The notes: generated from the sequence alone by a model not told the origin. Positions 39,936-50,487 are shown, counted from the first letter of the stretch. The stretch is 64,000 nucleotides of DNA from Longimicrobiales bacterium (GCA_041690395.1 JAWLHJ010000003.1:320001-384000), one strand, 5' to 3'. Numbers and translations are program-made.

Positions 39936-41783
39936 TCAGGAGAGGAGCACGGCGAGCCCCACGACGAGCATCACGACCACGCAGGCCACGACCCGCCCGC
40001 CGGCCAGCAGCAGGTCCCGGTCGGCGAGCCGGGAGGCTCCGGTGCGGGCCAGCCTCCATCCCCGCTTCAACGCTTGCGCCCGGAGATCCCGGTGCACGTA
40101 CCAGGCTTCGTCCCGAAGTTTCGCGATTCGCCGGACCAGCGTCTCGAAGGGAAGGAGCAAGTCCCCCGCCGGGACGCGGAGCTTCTGAAGGCCCAGCAGC
40201 AGGGTCGGCCGTCGCGCGACGAGCCAGGCGAGTATGATGCCCACCAGCACGGTTCCGGCAGCCGTGCTCCAAGAAGCGAGAGGGCCGGACGGCCCCGCTC
40301 CGCCGACGTCTGGAACCACCTGGGGCAGCCACCAGGGCCCGGCCAGGCAGACCAGAAGGAGCAGCGCCCAGGGCGCGACCAGCGCGGCGGTCGCTCGAGG
40401 CGTCGGCGCCGCGCCTTCCGGGGCGTCCGGCACTCGCGCGTCTCGACGCTCCATGCGGCGCATCAGCAGGAGCAGGAAGCGAGCCAGCAGGAGCGTCGTT
40501 CCGACCCCTGCCGACGTCAGTACGACCCCCAGCGTGTCGTTCAGGCCGGGCGCGAGCTCGTAAATCGCGTCTTTCAGCGTGGCCTTGGACATCGACCCGG
40601 TCGACCCCGGCGCACCGCTCAGCGCGAGCGCCGGAAGCGCCGCCCCCGCCAGCACCCACGGATTCCAGCTCCCAGTAGCTCCGCCGGACGTACCGTCCGC
40701 CGAGGACCGGTCCACCGGCAACGGTATCCGATCCGCCACACCCACCGACAGGAAGAGCGCCCCCTTGGCCACGGCATGGTGGAGCGCGTACACCACCACC
40801 GCCAGGATCGCGACCGGCACGGCCGCGCCGCCCCGCGCCGCGAGCCCCACACCAAGGGTCATGAAGCCCATCTGGCTCACGCTCGAATAGGCCAGCACGG
40901 TCTTGGGGTCGTCCTGGGCGAGCCCCACCGCGACCCCGTAGAGCGTCGTGAAAGCTCCCAAGGCGATGAGCGCGCCACCGACGGTGGGAAGCGCCGCCTC
41001 GGGCGGCAAGTAGCGGATCCACGCGAGGAGCCCACCCTTGATCATCGCCCCGCTGAGCAGCGCGCTCGCCGCGGTCGGGGCCACGGGGTGCGCGAGGGGC
41101 AGCCACAGGTGGAGGGGCACGAGCCCGGCCTTGATGCCGAATCCGACGACGACCAGCGCCGCGAGGCCCTCAGCATGCCCCGCCTCGGAGACGACGCTCC
41201 AGGCCCGCGCCATGCCGGTGCCGAAGCCCGGCGCTCCGTCCGCCGCCGCGCCCAACATGAACAGCGCCGCCAGCACCGCGATCTCGCCCAGCACCGCCAT
41301 GACGATATAGACCCGCCCCGCCCGGAAGGCCTCTTCGTCCGCGCGGTGCACGATGAGGCCGTAGGCGGCGAAGGTCATCACCGCGAAGAACAGGTAGAAC
41401 GAGAGCCCGTCGGCCGCCACGACGAGACCCAGATTGCCCGCCATGGTCGCCACGAAGAAGCCGAGGAAGCGACTCTTCTTCGGATCGTCCCGATGGTAAC
41501 GTGCCGCGAACGCGCCGACCACGAGCCAGAGCAAGGCGGTCACCACGAGGAACGCGCGCGCCACGCCGTCCACTTCGAAGCGGAGCCCGGTCATGACGCC
41601 GAAGGTGGCCCACGACGCCCCCTCGGCGGTGGGAAGGAGCGCGAGGACGAGGGCCGGTAGCGCCGCCCAGGGCGCCACGCGCTCGAGCAGCGGACGCAGG
41701 CGCGCGACGGGCCAGGACATCGCGACGGCGGCGGGAAGCCCCGGAGTCAGAATCAGGAGCAGATCGGCGAAGTCCAGGCTCAC
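39936..41783 (-). CDS. Mrp/complex-I antiporter-like subunit (third MrpD-type paralog)
   Basis: GFGIKAGLVPLHLWLPLAHPVAPTAASALLSG, LAYSSVSQMG, HHAVAKGALFL. GTGA overlap. Confidence 0.88.
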   Translation of the reverse strand: MSLDFADLLLILTPGLPAAVAMSWPVARLRPLLERVAPWAALPALVLALLPTAEGASWATFGVMTGLRFEVDGVARAFLVVTALLWLVVGAFAARYHRDDPKKSRFLGFFVATMAGNLGLVVAADGLSFYLFFAVMTFAAYGLIVHRADEEAFRAGRVYIVMAVLGEIAVLAALFMLGAAADGAPGFGTGMARAWSVVSEAGHAEGLAALVVVGFGIKAGLVPLHLWLPLAHPVAPTAASALLSGAMIKGGLLAWIRYLPPEAALPTVGGALIALGAFTTLYGVAVGLAQDDPKTVLAYSSVSQMGFMTLGVGLAARGGAAVPVAILAVVVYALHHAVAKGALFLSVGVADRIPLPVDRSSADGTSGGATGSWNPWVLAGAALPALALSGAPGSTGSMSKATLKDAIYELAPGLNDTLGVVLTSAGVGTTLLLARFLLLLMRRMERRDARVPDAPEGAAPTPRATAALVAPWALLLLVCLAGPWWLPQVVPDVGGAGPSGPLASWSTAAGTVLVGIILAWLVARRPTLLLGLQKLRVPAGDLLLPFETLVRRIAKLRDEAWYVHRDLRAQALKRGWRLARTGASRLADRDLLLAGGRVVACVVVMLVVGLAVLLS

Positions 41784-43306
41784 AGCACCCCCCGTTCCAC
41801 GATGAGCCTCGTCCATCCGAGCGGGCTCCAGGGCGCGCCCGCGAACAGCCCCGCACCGAGCGCCAGAGCGGCCGTGACGAGGGCCGGCACCACCAGCTTC
41901 CAGTCCGCCTCGAGCCAGCGGCCCCTGCCCACGTCCTGCCAGGCGGCGTTTCGGTCATCGAACCAGGCGGTGCGCAGGATGGGCAGGAAGTACGCCGCGT
42001 TCAGGGCACTACTGACAAGCAGCACGGGAACCACCCACCATGCCCCGCTGTCCAGCGCGCCGACCCCCAGATACCACTTGCTCGCGAACCCGGCGAGGGG
42101 CGGCAGACCGATCATCCCGAGCGCGCCCACCGAGAACGCCAGCATCGTGAGCGGCATGCGCCGGGCTACGCCACCCATCTCGCTGACCTTCTTGACGTGC
42201 AGCGTCTCGGAGAGGAGCCCGGCGCAGAAAAACAGGGTGATCTTCATGATCCCCTGGTGGACGAGATGTACCACGCCGCCGATGTGTGCCGTCGGCGCGA
42301 GTAGCGCGGCGCCGAGCGCGATGTAGGACAGCTGGCTCACCGTGCTGAACGCGAGCCGCCTCTTGAGGTCGTCCTGCTGGAGTGCGCGCAGCGATCCGTA
42401 GATGATCGTCACGGCGGCGAGTCCGGTCACGAGCTGCGCGAGCCCGAGCTCGGTTGCGACGTCGATCCCGAAGATCGAGTGCAGCAGACGGAGGAGCCCG
42501 AACGCGCCGGCCTTCACGACGGCGACGGCGTGCAGGAGCGCGCTGACCGGAGCCGGGGCGACCATGGCCACCGGCAGCCACCCGTGGAGCGGGAAGAAGG
42601 CGATCTTGACGCCGACTCCCGCCAGGAGCAGCAGAAAGACGAGGGTGTACGCGCCCGGCGCCGCGGCGACCGCCTCGGGCGCCACCATGCCCCCGGCTCG
42701 AAATTCGACCGATCCGGCCAGGACGTTCAACGCCACGGCACCGACCATCAGAAAGGCACCGGCGGTCAGCGTGTAGACGAGATACGTGCGGCCGGCCCGC
42801 ACCGCCTCTACCGTCCCGCGGTGGACGATGAGCGGGTACGTGGTCCACGTCAGCGCCTCGTAGAAGATGACGAAGGTGAAGAGGTCGCCGGCCATGGCGA
42901 GCCCGGTGGTCGCCGTCACACAGAGGCTGAAGAATGAGAAGAAGCGTGTCCGGTTCGGTGACCCCTCGAGGTAGCCCACCGCGTAGATCGTCGTGACGAG
43001 CCACAGACCCGCGGACAGGGTCACGAACAGGAGCGCGAGGGAGTCCCCGACCAGCCTGAGCTCGAAGCCCGGGAGGACCTGGAAGCTCCATTCGTGCCGG
43101 ACTCCGAGCGCGACGCCCCAGAGCATGAGCCCCACCAGGAGGACCTTGAGGACGGCGCCGACCAGGTTCAGTGTCGTCCGGAGCGTATGCTGTTCCTCGC
43201 GCAGCAGCATGATGCACAGCCCCGGCACGAACGAGCTGAGCACGACCAGGAGGGGGAGCGCCGTCCAGCCGGTGGCGACCGAGAGGGCGCCGCGTATCAG
43301 CTCCAT
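41780..43306 (-). CDS. mrpD: MrpD-type antiporter subunit (second paralog)
   Basis: KIAFFPLHGWLPVAMVAPAPVSALLHAVAVVKAG, LKRRLAFSTVSQ, GLPPLAGFASKW. Confidence 0.9.
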   Translation of the reverse strand: MELIRGALSVATGWTALPLLVVLSSFVPGLCIMLLREEQHTLRTTLNLVGAVLKVLLVGLMLWGVALGVRHEWSFQVLPGFELRLVGDSLALLFVTLSAGLWLVTTIYAVGYLEGSPNRTRFFSFFSLCVTATTGLAMAGDLFTFVIFYEALTWTTYPLIVHRGTVEAVRAGRTYLVYTLTAGAFLMVGAVALNVLAGSVEFRAGGMVAPEAVAAAPGAYTLVFLLLLAGVGVKIAFFPLHGWLPVAMVAPAPVSALLHAVAVVKAGAFGLLRLLHSIFGIDVATELGLAQLVTGLAAVTIIYGSLRALQQDDLKRRLAFSTVSQLSYIALGAALLAPTAHIGGVVHLVHQGIMKITLFFCAGLLSETLHVKKVSEMGGVARRMPLTMLAFSVGALGMIGLPPLAGFASKWYLGVGALDSGAWWVVPVLLVSSALNAAYFLPILRTAWFDDRNAAWQDVGRGRWLEADWKLVVPALVTAALALGAGLFAGAPWSPLGWTRLIVERGVL

Positions 43307-44817
43307 GGACCGACGCCCCCGATCCGGAGCAGTTCCATGATCTCGACGCCGCGCAGACCGAGCAGGACCGCCAGAAGAGCGAGCGCCAGTGCCGTCCACT
43401 CCATCCGACTCGGGACGGCCCTGAAGTCTCCCGGGTCCTCCGGGGCGTCGAACGCCTCCCGGGCGACCATGAGCACGTAGGCGAGCGTCAACAGGCCACC
43501 CACCGCGATGACCACGGCCCAGATCCAGCGCCCGGCCTCGAGCGCGGCTCCGAGCAACAGCCACTTCGCGAGGAAGCCCCCCGACGGAGGGACGCCGGCG
43601 AGGCTCAGCCCGCCGAGTCCGAAGGCCAAGAGGGACATAGGGAGCCTCCGGGCCACGCCCGAGATCGACTCGATGGCGTCATCGGCGACTGCGTAGGTCA
43701 TGTTTCCGGCCGCCAGGAACATGGCGGCCTTCGCCAGCCCATGGCACAGCGCGTGGTAGATCCCTCCGCTCCACGCGTCGAAGCTCCAGGCACCCGGTCC
43801 GGCATCTCCCGTCGGCTGTGCGAGGAGAGGGAACATCACGAACAGGTACCCGAGCTGAGCCACCGTGGAGTAGGCAATCAGGCGCTTGAGGCTCACCTGA
43901 CGGAGGGCCATGACCGACCCCCACACGATGGCTCCCGCTCCGAGCGTGCCCATGAGGACGAGCGCGCCCTGGGCGTCCGCGCCGGGAAGCGTGAGTCCGA
44001 ACACGAACAGCCAGAGCCGCACCATCACGTAGAACGACGACTTCACCACTAGCGCCGAGAGGATGGCGCTGGCCGGGGCCGGCGCGGCGGCGTGGGCCGG
44101 AGGAAGCCAGGCGTGTAGAGGAAAGAGCGCGGTCTTGGCGGCGAGGCCCGCGGTCGTGAGGGCGAGCGCGGAGGCGGAAGCGAGTCCCGAGGGTCGCGCC
44201 AGGGCAAGCTGCTCCAGCGAAAGCGTCCCGTGGACGAGGTACAGGATCGCGATCCCCAGCAGGAACAGCATCGATCCGGAGAGCGAGACGAACAGGTAGC
44301 GCATGCCCGCCTGGGTGGCCTTGCCGGTGACCGCCAGCGTGACGAGCGCAGCCGCGGACAGCCCGACGATCTCCAGCATGACGTAGAGGTTGAAAAGGTC
44401 GCCGGAGAGGAAGACCCCGTTGAGCCCGGCCCACAGGAACAGGCTCAGGGGGGTGAAGTAGCGGGCGCCCCGCGCACCGGGCGCGCTGTAGTCACCGGGT
44501 GGGGCGGTCTCCCCGAAGTAGATACTCGCGTAGACACCGACCGCGGTGCCTACGACGGCGGCGAGAGCGAGGAAGAGCACCGAGAGCCCGTCCACATAGA
44601 GTTCGATGCCGAGCGGACGTCCCCATCCGCCCAGAGCGTGCCGGGCCACGCCGTTGGCGATCACCGTGAGGTAGAGGCCCGCGGCCGCGGTGAGGGAGCC
44701 GGCCGAGCCCAGGGCCAGTCCCGCGAGAATCGACCGGCGACCGCCCACGAGGCTCACCAGCGCCCCGACGACCGGCGCGACGATGGCCAGCGTGCTCCAG
44801 ATCTCGACCGAAATCAC
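43297..44817 (-). CDS. mrpD: MrpD-type antiporter subunit (first paralog)
   Basis: GGWGRPLGIEL, GDLFNLYVMLE, KTALFPLHAWLPPAH, LKRLIAYST, GVPPSGGFLAKW. Confidence 0.92.
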   Translation of the reverse strand: MISVEIWSTLAIVAPVVGALVSLVGGRRSILAGLALGSAGSLTAAAGLYLTVIANGVARHALGGWGRPLGIELYVDGLSVLFLALAAVVGTAVGVYASIYFGETAPPGDYSAPGARGARYFTPLSLFLWAGLNGVFLSGDLFNLYVMLEIVGLSAAALVTLAVTGKATQAGMRYLFVSLSGSMLFLLGIAILYLVHGTLSLEQLALARPSGLASASALALTTAGLAAKTALFPLHAWLPPAHAAAPAPASAILSALVVKSSFYVMVRLWLFVFGLTLPGADAQGALVLMGTLGAGAIVWGSVMALRQVSLKRLIAYSTVAQLGYLFVMFPLLAQPTGDAGPGAWSFDAWSGGIYHALCHGLAKAAMFLAAGNMTYAVADDAIESISGVARRLPMSLLAFGLGGLSLAGVPPSGGFLAKWLLLGAALEAGRWIWAVVIAVGGLLTLAYVLMVAREAFDAPEDPGDFRAVPSRMEWTALALALLAVLLGLRGVEIMELLRIGGVGPWS

Positions 44818-45173
44818 GACTGCGGCCCGGAAGAGTCGCTTTCCGGTCCGGTGCTACCGGCCCCGGAACGGGGGGCGTCCTCGGAGAGAAACGGTCCCCC
44901 CGAGCGAACGACGACACGCAACGCCATGCCGAGCGCGAGCGCCGACGAGGCGGCGGCGACCACGATCCCGGTGAGCACCATGGCCTGGGGCACGGGGTCG
45001 GCACCCTCGCCGGGGAGTCTGGGCGCGGCCGCGATCAGGATCAGGAAGATGCCACTGCCCATGAAGTTGACGCCCAGGACCTTCCAGAAGAGGTGAGCCC
45101 GACCCAGCGTCCCGGCCAGCCCCGCCACGAAGACCGCCGCACCGGCGATGACATAGGCGATCTCGGAGCTCAC
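44814..45173 (-). CDS. mrpC: MrpC subunit
   Basis: DPVPQAMVLTGIVV motif, 3 TM. Confidence 0.92.
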   Translation of the reverse strand: MSSEIAYVIAGAAVFVAGLAGTLGRAHLFWKVLGVNFMGSGIFLILIAAAPRLPGEGADPVPQAMVLTGIVVAAASSALALGMALRVVVRSGGPFLSEDAPRSGAGSTGPESDSSGPQS

Positions 45174-46240
45174 TCGTCTTCCTCCGGACTCCGGATCAGC
45201 GCTCCATCCAGCGTCAGCGTCCGCCCGAGGGGGTCACCCGTCGGATCGACGGTGGCCAGCCGCGGGTCGACCTCGGGAGCCGCCGGCACGTCGATGAAAA
45301 GCTCGAGGAGGATGACCGCGATGGACAGCGTGAGCACGCCCTCCACCACGAGCGTGATCACATAGCCCCAGCCGTCCGGGTAGGCGAGGAAGGCGCCCGT
45401 CCAGGGCATGAGCCCCACGCCGACGAACACGAACAGTCCGAGCCCCATGGTCCCGATGGCCCGCACGGCGGGGGCACCCGACGTGATCGGGCGCATGAGC
45501 CCGCTGGCCGCCAGCAGGACACCGACACCCGCGAGCAGCGCGGCGCCCTGGAATGCGCCTCCCGGGCCGCTCGATCCGGACCAGACCAGATAGACGGCCA
45601 ACACCCCCGCCACCGGTGCGACCAGCCGGGTGAGCGTCTCGAGCACGGGGTCCTCCCGGAGCTCCTTCGGGTCGCGGGCGAAGTTCCGGTTGCCGCGATC
45701 CAGCGACCATACCGCCACCATCGCGACGACCAGCGCGCACACCTCGAAGAGGGTATCGTAGGCGCGAAATCCCAGGAGCACTCCGGTGACCGGGTTGGAC
45801 ACACCCGTATGCTCGAGGGAAGCACGCACCTCCTCGGCGAGCACGGCGTCCCTGAGCGGTATGCCCACCAGGATCGTCATCAGCGTCACGGAGAGCACTC
45901 CCGCCGCGCCGATGCTCACCACGCGCAGCACTCCGGATCCCGAGCCGGGCCCCCGATCGATCACGTGGCCCGGGCCGGCACCCGACGTGCCCGGATCGGT
46001 CCGCGCGAGGCGCTGGAACGCGTTCAGGAACAGGGCCCCCGTCACACCGGCGCCGAGCGCGGCCTCGGCCAGCGCCACGTCCGGCGCGCCCAGCCTGACC
46101 CAGGCGAGCGAGAGCGTCAGGCCGACGGCGATGAACAGCACCACGGCTTCCAGGAGGTCCCTGGTGAGCATGGCGCGCGCCACGAGCGTCACGAGGAGGA
46201 CGGCCACGCTCACGTCGAGGGCCCAGACCAGCGTGCTCAC
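45170..46240 (-). CDS. mrpB: DUF4040 + MrpB fusion subunit
   Basis: APDVALAEAALG, NPVTGVLLGFRAYDTLFE, PGGAFQG. Confidence 0.9.
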   Translation of the reverse strand: MSTLVWALDVSVAVLLVTLVARAMLTRDLLEAVVLFIAVGLTLSLAWVRLGAPDVALAEAALGAGVTGALFLNAFQRLARTDPGTSGAGPGHVIDRGPGSGSGVLRVVSIGAAGVLSVTLMTILVGIPLRDAVLAEEVRASLEHTGVSNPVTGVLLGFRAYDTLFEVCALVVAMVAVWSLDRGNRNFARDPKELREDPVLETLTRLVAPVAGVLAVYLVWSGSSGPGGAFQGAALLAGVGVLLAASGLMRPITSGAPAVRAIGTMGLGLFVFVGVGLMPWTGAFLAYPDGWGYVITLVVEGVLTLSIAVILLELFIDVPAAPEVDPRLATVDPTGDPLGRTLTLDGALIRSPEEDE

Positions 46241-46548
46241 CCGCCCTCCCCGGAGTCACCGCGCCACGGCTCGATGCCCTGCCGCAGGGCCGATCGCGCC
46301 AACAGGTGGCAGACGGTCGCGGCCGCCACGAGGACGAGGAACCACGTGAGGACGAGCTGGAGCCGCGTCGACCACGGCATGGGCTGGAGGATGAGCCCGG
46401 CCACCAGCATGCCCAGGCCCAGGTTGTCGGCCTTGGTGAGCGCATGGAGCCGGCAGTAGAAGTCGGGGAAGCGCAGCAGCCCGACGGTGCCGGCGAAGAA
46501 GAAGAAGGCGCCGGCCGTGAGGAGCAGGACGGAGAGGACCGCCGTCAT
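46237..46548 (-). CDS. mrpG: MrpG subunit
   Basis: GLLRFPDFYCRLHALTKADNLG. Confidence 0.92.
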   Translation of the reverse strand: MTAVLSVLLLTAGAFFFFAGTVGLLRFPDFYCRLHALTKADNLGLGMLVAGLILQPMPWSTRLQLVLTWFLVLVAAATVCHLLARSALRQGIEPWRGDSGEGG

Positions 46549-46877
46549 CGGGCTCCTTCGGGCGTGCCCGCCGTCCCCGGCCCGGAGCCGTCCCCGCCCT
46601 CGCGACCGTCCCCGTCCCGGGGCTTCCTGACCCACCCCCGCTTCACGAACGCGACCGACATCACGACGGCCAGCACCGCGAAGACGAGCGCCACGTCACG
46701 GAGCGCGGGCGTATCGGTGGCCGTCGCGAGCACGAGCAGCGTCGCCACCCCGTGGGTCCCGAAGAGCTGGGCCGCGACCATGCGATCGCCCGGCGTCGGG
46801 CCCCGCGCCACACGGATGAGCCCCAGGGCCAGGTTCAGCATGAGGAGCACGGCGATCCCGAAGAGGAACGAAGTCAT
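46545..46877 (-). CDS. mrpF: MrpF subunit
   Basis: RVARGPTPGDRMVA, DVALVFAVL. Confidence 0.92.
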   Translation of the reverse strand: MTSFLFGIAVLLMLNLALGLIRVARGPTPGDRMVAAQLFGTHGVATLLVLATATDTPALRDVALVFAVLAVVMSVAFVKRGWVRKPRDGDGREGGDGSGPGTAGTPEGAR

Positions 46878-47344
46878 CGGTCGCGGCCCCTGAACAGGGT
46901 GGCCACGCGGCGCTCGAGCTCGACCACCCTCGACTCCGACCGCTTCCCGCCGACCAGGAGGTGAACCGTCAGCACGTCGTCCCGAAGGTCCGCCGCGAAC
47001 GTCCCGGGCAGGAGGCTCAACGCGTTGCTCATGAAGACGCGGGCGGAGCTCGAAGGCAGCGAGAGTCGGTGCGTCATGACTCCCGGCGAGATGGGGAGCC
47101 CCGGACTCAACGCCCTACGGCTTACATCCCAGCCGCCGAGCACCGATTGACCGACGAAGTAGAGGCCGAAGCGCGCCAACCGCAGCGGGCGAACCCCGAC
47201 CGGGCTCATTCGGCTGGCATACAGTCGCAGCCCCACCCCGGCCGCAACGGCCACGACGCCCGCCATCCACGAGCCGGGCACCGGTTCCAGGATCCACCAG
47301 ACCAGCGCCAGGAAGGCCGCCCATGCCAAAACTCCGCGGATCAA
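46874..47344 (-). CDS. mrpE: MrpE subunit
   Basis: ISPG, NALSLLPGT, LTVH, LERRV; TTG start. Confidence 0.88.
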   Translation of the reverse strand: MIRGVLAWAAFLALVWWILEPVPGSWMAGVVAVAAGVGLRLYASRMSPVGVRPLRLARFGLYFVGQSVLGGWDVSRRALSPGLPISPGVMTHRLSLPSSSARVFMSNALSLLPGTFAADLRDDVLTVHLLVGGKRSESRVVELERRVATLFRGRDR

Positions 47345-47451
47345 TGCGCCCCCCGGCCGATGTGGTGCTTTGCTGCAAGCTCACCGTACGGTATTCAACC
47401 CTCGGCTCGCTTACCAGCTTGGGACGCCCGGGAGCCGCTCCCGCATGGGGG

Positions 47452-49878
47452 TCAATCGACTCCGAGGCGCTCCTCGGCTTCCGCGACCGCCCTCAGCACG
47501 TCGACCACCGAATCCGGATTCACCGATATGGAATCGATCCCGGCCTCCACCAGGAACGCGGCGAAGTCGGGGTAATCGCTCGGAGCCTGGCCACAGATTC
47601 CGACGGGTCGGTCGGCCGCGTGGGCGCGTTCGACGACCATCCGGATCATCTCCTTCACGCCGGGATCCCGCTCGTCGAAGAGATCCCGCAGACGCTCCGA
47701 GTCCCGATCGACACCCAGCACCAGCTGCGTGAGGTCGTTGGACCCGATGGAGAATCCGTCGATGCGCTCCGCGAACTCCGCCGCCCTGAGCACGTTGGAG
47801 GGGATCTCACACATGACGTAGACCTCGAGGCCGTTCTCGCCGCGTCGCAATCCCTCTTCCGCCATCGCCTCGAGCACCCGGTCCGCCTCGTCGGGGGTGC
47901 GACAGAACGGGATCATGGGGATGACGTTCCGGAAGCCCATCTCCTCGCGGACGCGCCGGAGGGCCCGGCACTCCAGCCCGAAGCCCTCCCGGTACTCGTC
48001 GGCGTAGTAGCGGACGGCGCCGCGGAAGCCCAGCATCGGATTCTCCTCCTCGGGCTCGAACTGCGCGCCACCGAGCAGCGCGGCGTACTCGTTGGTCTTG
48101 AAGTCACTGAGACGGACCACCGCGGGATGCGGATGGCAGGACGCCGCGACCCGGGCGATGGCCCGGGCGAGACGGTCGACGAAGAACTCCGTCGGCTCCT
48201 CTCCGTCCAGGCGCTCCTCGATCTTCCGTCGCACCTCCTCGTCATCGAGGCTGTCGAACCGGGTGAGCGCCACGGGGTGGATTCCGATGAGATCGGCCAC
48301 GATGAACTCGATCCGGGCGAGTCCGATGCCCTTCAGCGGCAGCCGCCACCAGCGGAACGCGGTGGCCGGATCGGCGACGATCATCATGATGGGCGTGCGC
48401 ACGTCCGGAAGCCCGTCGAGGTCGACGTCCCGCTCGTCGTAGTCGAGCCGACCCTCGTACACGACGCCCTCGGCCCCTTCCGCGCAGGACACCGTCACCT
48501 CGTCTCCGCTCTGGATGAGCTCGGTCGCTCGGCCGGTGCCGACGATCGCCGGGATGCCGAGCTCGCGGCTCACGATGGCCGCGTGGCTCGTGCGCCCACC
48601 ATGATCGGTGACCACGGCGCTGGCGCTCTCCAGGATCGGGCCCCAGTCGGGGTCCGTGCGGTCGGTGACGAGGACGGCGCCATCCTCGAACCGGTCGATC
48701 TCTTCGGGCGAGTCGAGCCGGATGGCGGTACCCACAGCGATGGCGCTCCCGATGGCGGCGCCCCGCACGACCGGCTCTCCCCGCTCGCGGAGCTCGTAGA
48801 CCTTCAACCGTCCGCCCGCTTCACGGGACCGCACCGTCTCCGGTCGGGCCTGGACGATGAAGATCTCCCCGGTCTCCCCGTCCTTGGCCCATTCGATGTC
48901 CATGGGACGCCCGTAGTGCGCCTCGATGACGACGCCCCACCTCGCCAGACGCAGCACGTCGTCGTCGTCGAGCACGAACCGGCGGCGATCCTCCTCGGTG
49001 ACGTCGACCTCCTTCACGCCGCCCCCGTCGTCTTCGCCATAGACGATCTTCACGTCCTTTCCCCCGCGCCGCTTCTCGATGATCGGAGCCAGACCCTCGT
49101 CTTCGAGGAGCGGCTTGAACACCATGAAGCGGTCCGGGTTGACGATACCCTGCACGACGGATTCGCCGAGACCCCACGCCGCGTCGATGAGGACGACGTC
49201 GGGGAAGCCGCTCTCGGTGTCGAGGGTGAACATCACGCCGGCCCCGCCGAGGTCCGCACGCACCATGCGCTGCACCCCCACGGAGAGGGCGACCTCGAGG
49301 TGATCGAAGCCCTTCTCCTCTCGGTACGAGATCGCCCGGTCGGTGAACAACGAGGCGTAGCAGTTCCGGCAAGCCTCGAGGAGCGCGTCTTCGCCGCGCA
49401 CGTTCAGGAACGTCTCCTGTTGCCCCGCGAACGACGCTTCCGGGAGGTCCTCGGCCGTAGCGCTGCTTCGCACGGCCACGGCGATGGGCTCGTCCCCGTG
49501 TCGGCCCGACAGCTCCCGGTACGCGGTCCTGATCGCCTCGGCCACGTCCTCCGGGAAATCACCCTCCCGGAACATCTTCCGGATGCGACTGCCGACGTCG
49601 CCCACGCGCTCGAGGCTTTCCAGATCGGACAGGGCATCGCGGATGCCCTGCTCCAGACCGTTCTCCTCGACGAAAAGGCGGTAGGCGTCGGCCGTGGTGG
49701 CGAAGCCGCCGGGCACGCGTACGCCCTGCTCGGCGAGAGCGCCGACCATCTCTCCCAACGAAGCGTTCTTCCCTCCCACGAGGGCGACGTCGCCTTGATC
49801 GAGCTCCTGGAGGCGTCGTACCCAGCGGGGGTCGGGCGTGCTCGTCGATTGCTTCGTACCGTCCGTGTCTTCGCTCAT
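47452..49878 (-). CDS. ppsA: Phosphoenolpyruvate synthase (pyruvate, water dikinase)
   Basis: VGGKNASLGEM, RSSATAEDLPEASFAGQQ, GGRTSHAAI phospho-His, EENPMLGFRG, FSIGSNDLTQ, GICGQAPSD. Confidence 0.97.
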   Translation of the reverse strand: MSEDTDGTKQSTSTPDPRWVRRLQELDQGDVALVGGKNASLGEMVGALAEQGVRVPGGFATTADAYRLFVEENGLEQGIRDALSDLESLERVGDVGSRIRKMFREGDFPEDVAEAIRTAYRELSGRHGDEPIAVAVRSSATAEDLPEASFAGQQETFLNVRGEDALLEACRNCYASLFTDRAISYREEKGFDHLEVALSVGVQRMVRADLGGAGVMFTLDTESGFPDVVLIDAAWGLGESVVQGIVNPDRFMVFKPLLEDEGLAPIIEKRRGGKDVKIVYGEDDGGGVKEVDVTEEDRRRFVLDDDDVLRLARWGVVIEAHYGRPMDIEWAKDGETGEIFIVQARPETVRSREAGGRLKVYELRERGEPVVRGAAIGSAIAVGTAIRLDSPEEIDRFEDGAVLVTDRTDPDWGPILESASAVVTDHGGRTSHAAIVSRELGIPAIVGTGRATELIQSGDEVTVSCAEGAEGVVYEGRLDYDERDVDLDGLPDVRTPIMMIVADPATAFRWWRLPLKGIGLARIEFIVADLIGIHPVALTRFDSLDDEEVRRKIEERLDGEEPTEFFVDRLARAIARVAASCHPHPAVVRLSDFKTNEYAALLGGAQFEPEEENPMLGFRGAVRYYADEYREGFGLECRALRRVREEMGFRNVIPMIPFCRTPDEADRVLEAMAEEGLRRGENGLEVYVMCEIPSNVLRAAEFAERIDGFSIGSNDLTQLVLGVDRDSERLRDLFDERDPGVKEMIRMVVERAHAADRPVGICGQAPSDYPDFAAFLVEAGIDSISVNPDSVVDVLRAVAEAEERLGVD

Positions 49879-50011
49879 CGGCCTCCCTCGGTCCCTTCGA
49901 TCGTGCGCTCGTCAGCACAATACCCCCCAACGGTACCCACGGCACGTCGGGGAGGGAGGGATGGCCTCTCGGGGGCCCGCGCGGGCGAGCCGGTGTGGTC
50001 CGGGTCCGGCG

Positions 50012-50215
50012 TCAGCGTCGGGAGCGCGCGAGAACGTGCTCGGGGGCCGTCCGGTTGGGCGTGTGGCCCAGCTCGAGCTCGTCCAGCGCCGGTGCGCGAG
50101 CATCGTCGGGCTCGTCCGCGGGCCGGAACCCGAAGCCCAGCGCGACGAAAGCGCTCCAGAAAGCGACACCGGAGATCACCCAGATTTCGACGGCCGCTCC
50201 CAGTTCGATGCTCAT
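50012..50215 (-). CDS. Putative small (67 aa) single-pass membrane protein
   Basis: GGAG RBS before ATG 50215; MSIELGAAVEIWVISGVAFWSAFVALGFGF then an acidic tail. Confidence 0.45.
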   Translation of the reverse strand: MSIELGAAVEIWVISGVAFWSAFVALGFGFRPADEPDDARAPALDELELGHTPNRTAPEHVLARSRR

Positions 50216-50325
50216 CTCTGCTCCGTGGACCCTGGTCCTCGCGGTCCTTGCGGTCTGAACGATGCACGGAGAGCCTCTCGGGCACCCCGGTCCTTCGCCA
50301 TCGGCGAGGGATGACCCCATATCGA

Positions 50326-50487
50326 TACAAGATCCGCACCGGACGGATGCCAAATCACATATGTCTCTTTCCTGCAGTAGCTTATGTCGCCATCCCACCG
50401 TCGGAGGTGTCGGCGCGGGCTTCGCAGGACGCCCGTTATTGGGGCCCTGACTGTCACAATATGCGACACCATGTCCGGATTCGGACA
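50326..50487 (-). promoter_or_regulatory. Variant sigma-54 promoter plus TGT-N10/11-ACA palindromes
   Basis: Minus strand cGGTGCG-gatc-TTGTa (50326-50341); TGTCACAATATGCGACA 50452-50468; TGTCCGGATTCGGACA 50472-50487. Confidence 0.4.

Noticed and set aside
47345..47451. Possible Na+/Li+ riboswitch upstream of mrpE (GGGTTGAA followed by a small TACCG/CGGTG hairpin on the minus strand)
   Set aside because: The context is attractive, but I could not match the remaining conserved elements of the DUF1646 or nhaA motifs. A cmsearch would settle it.
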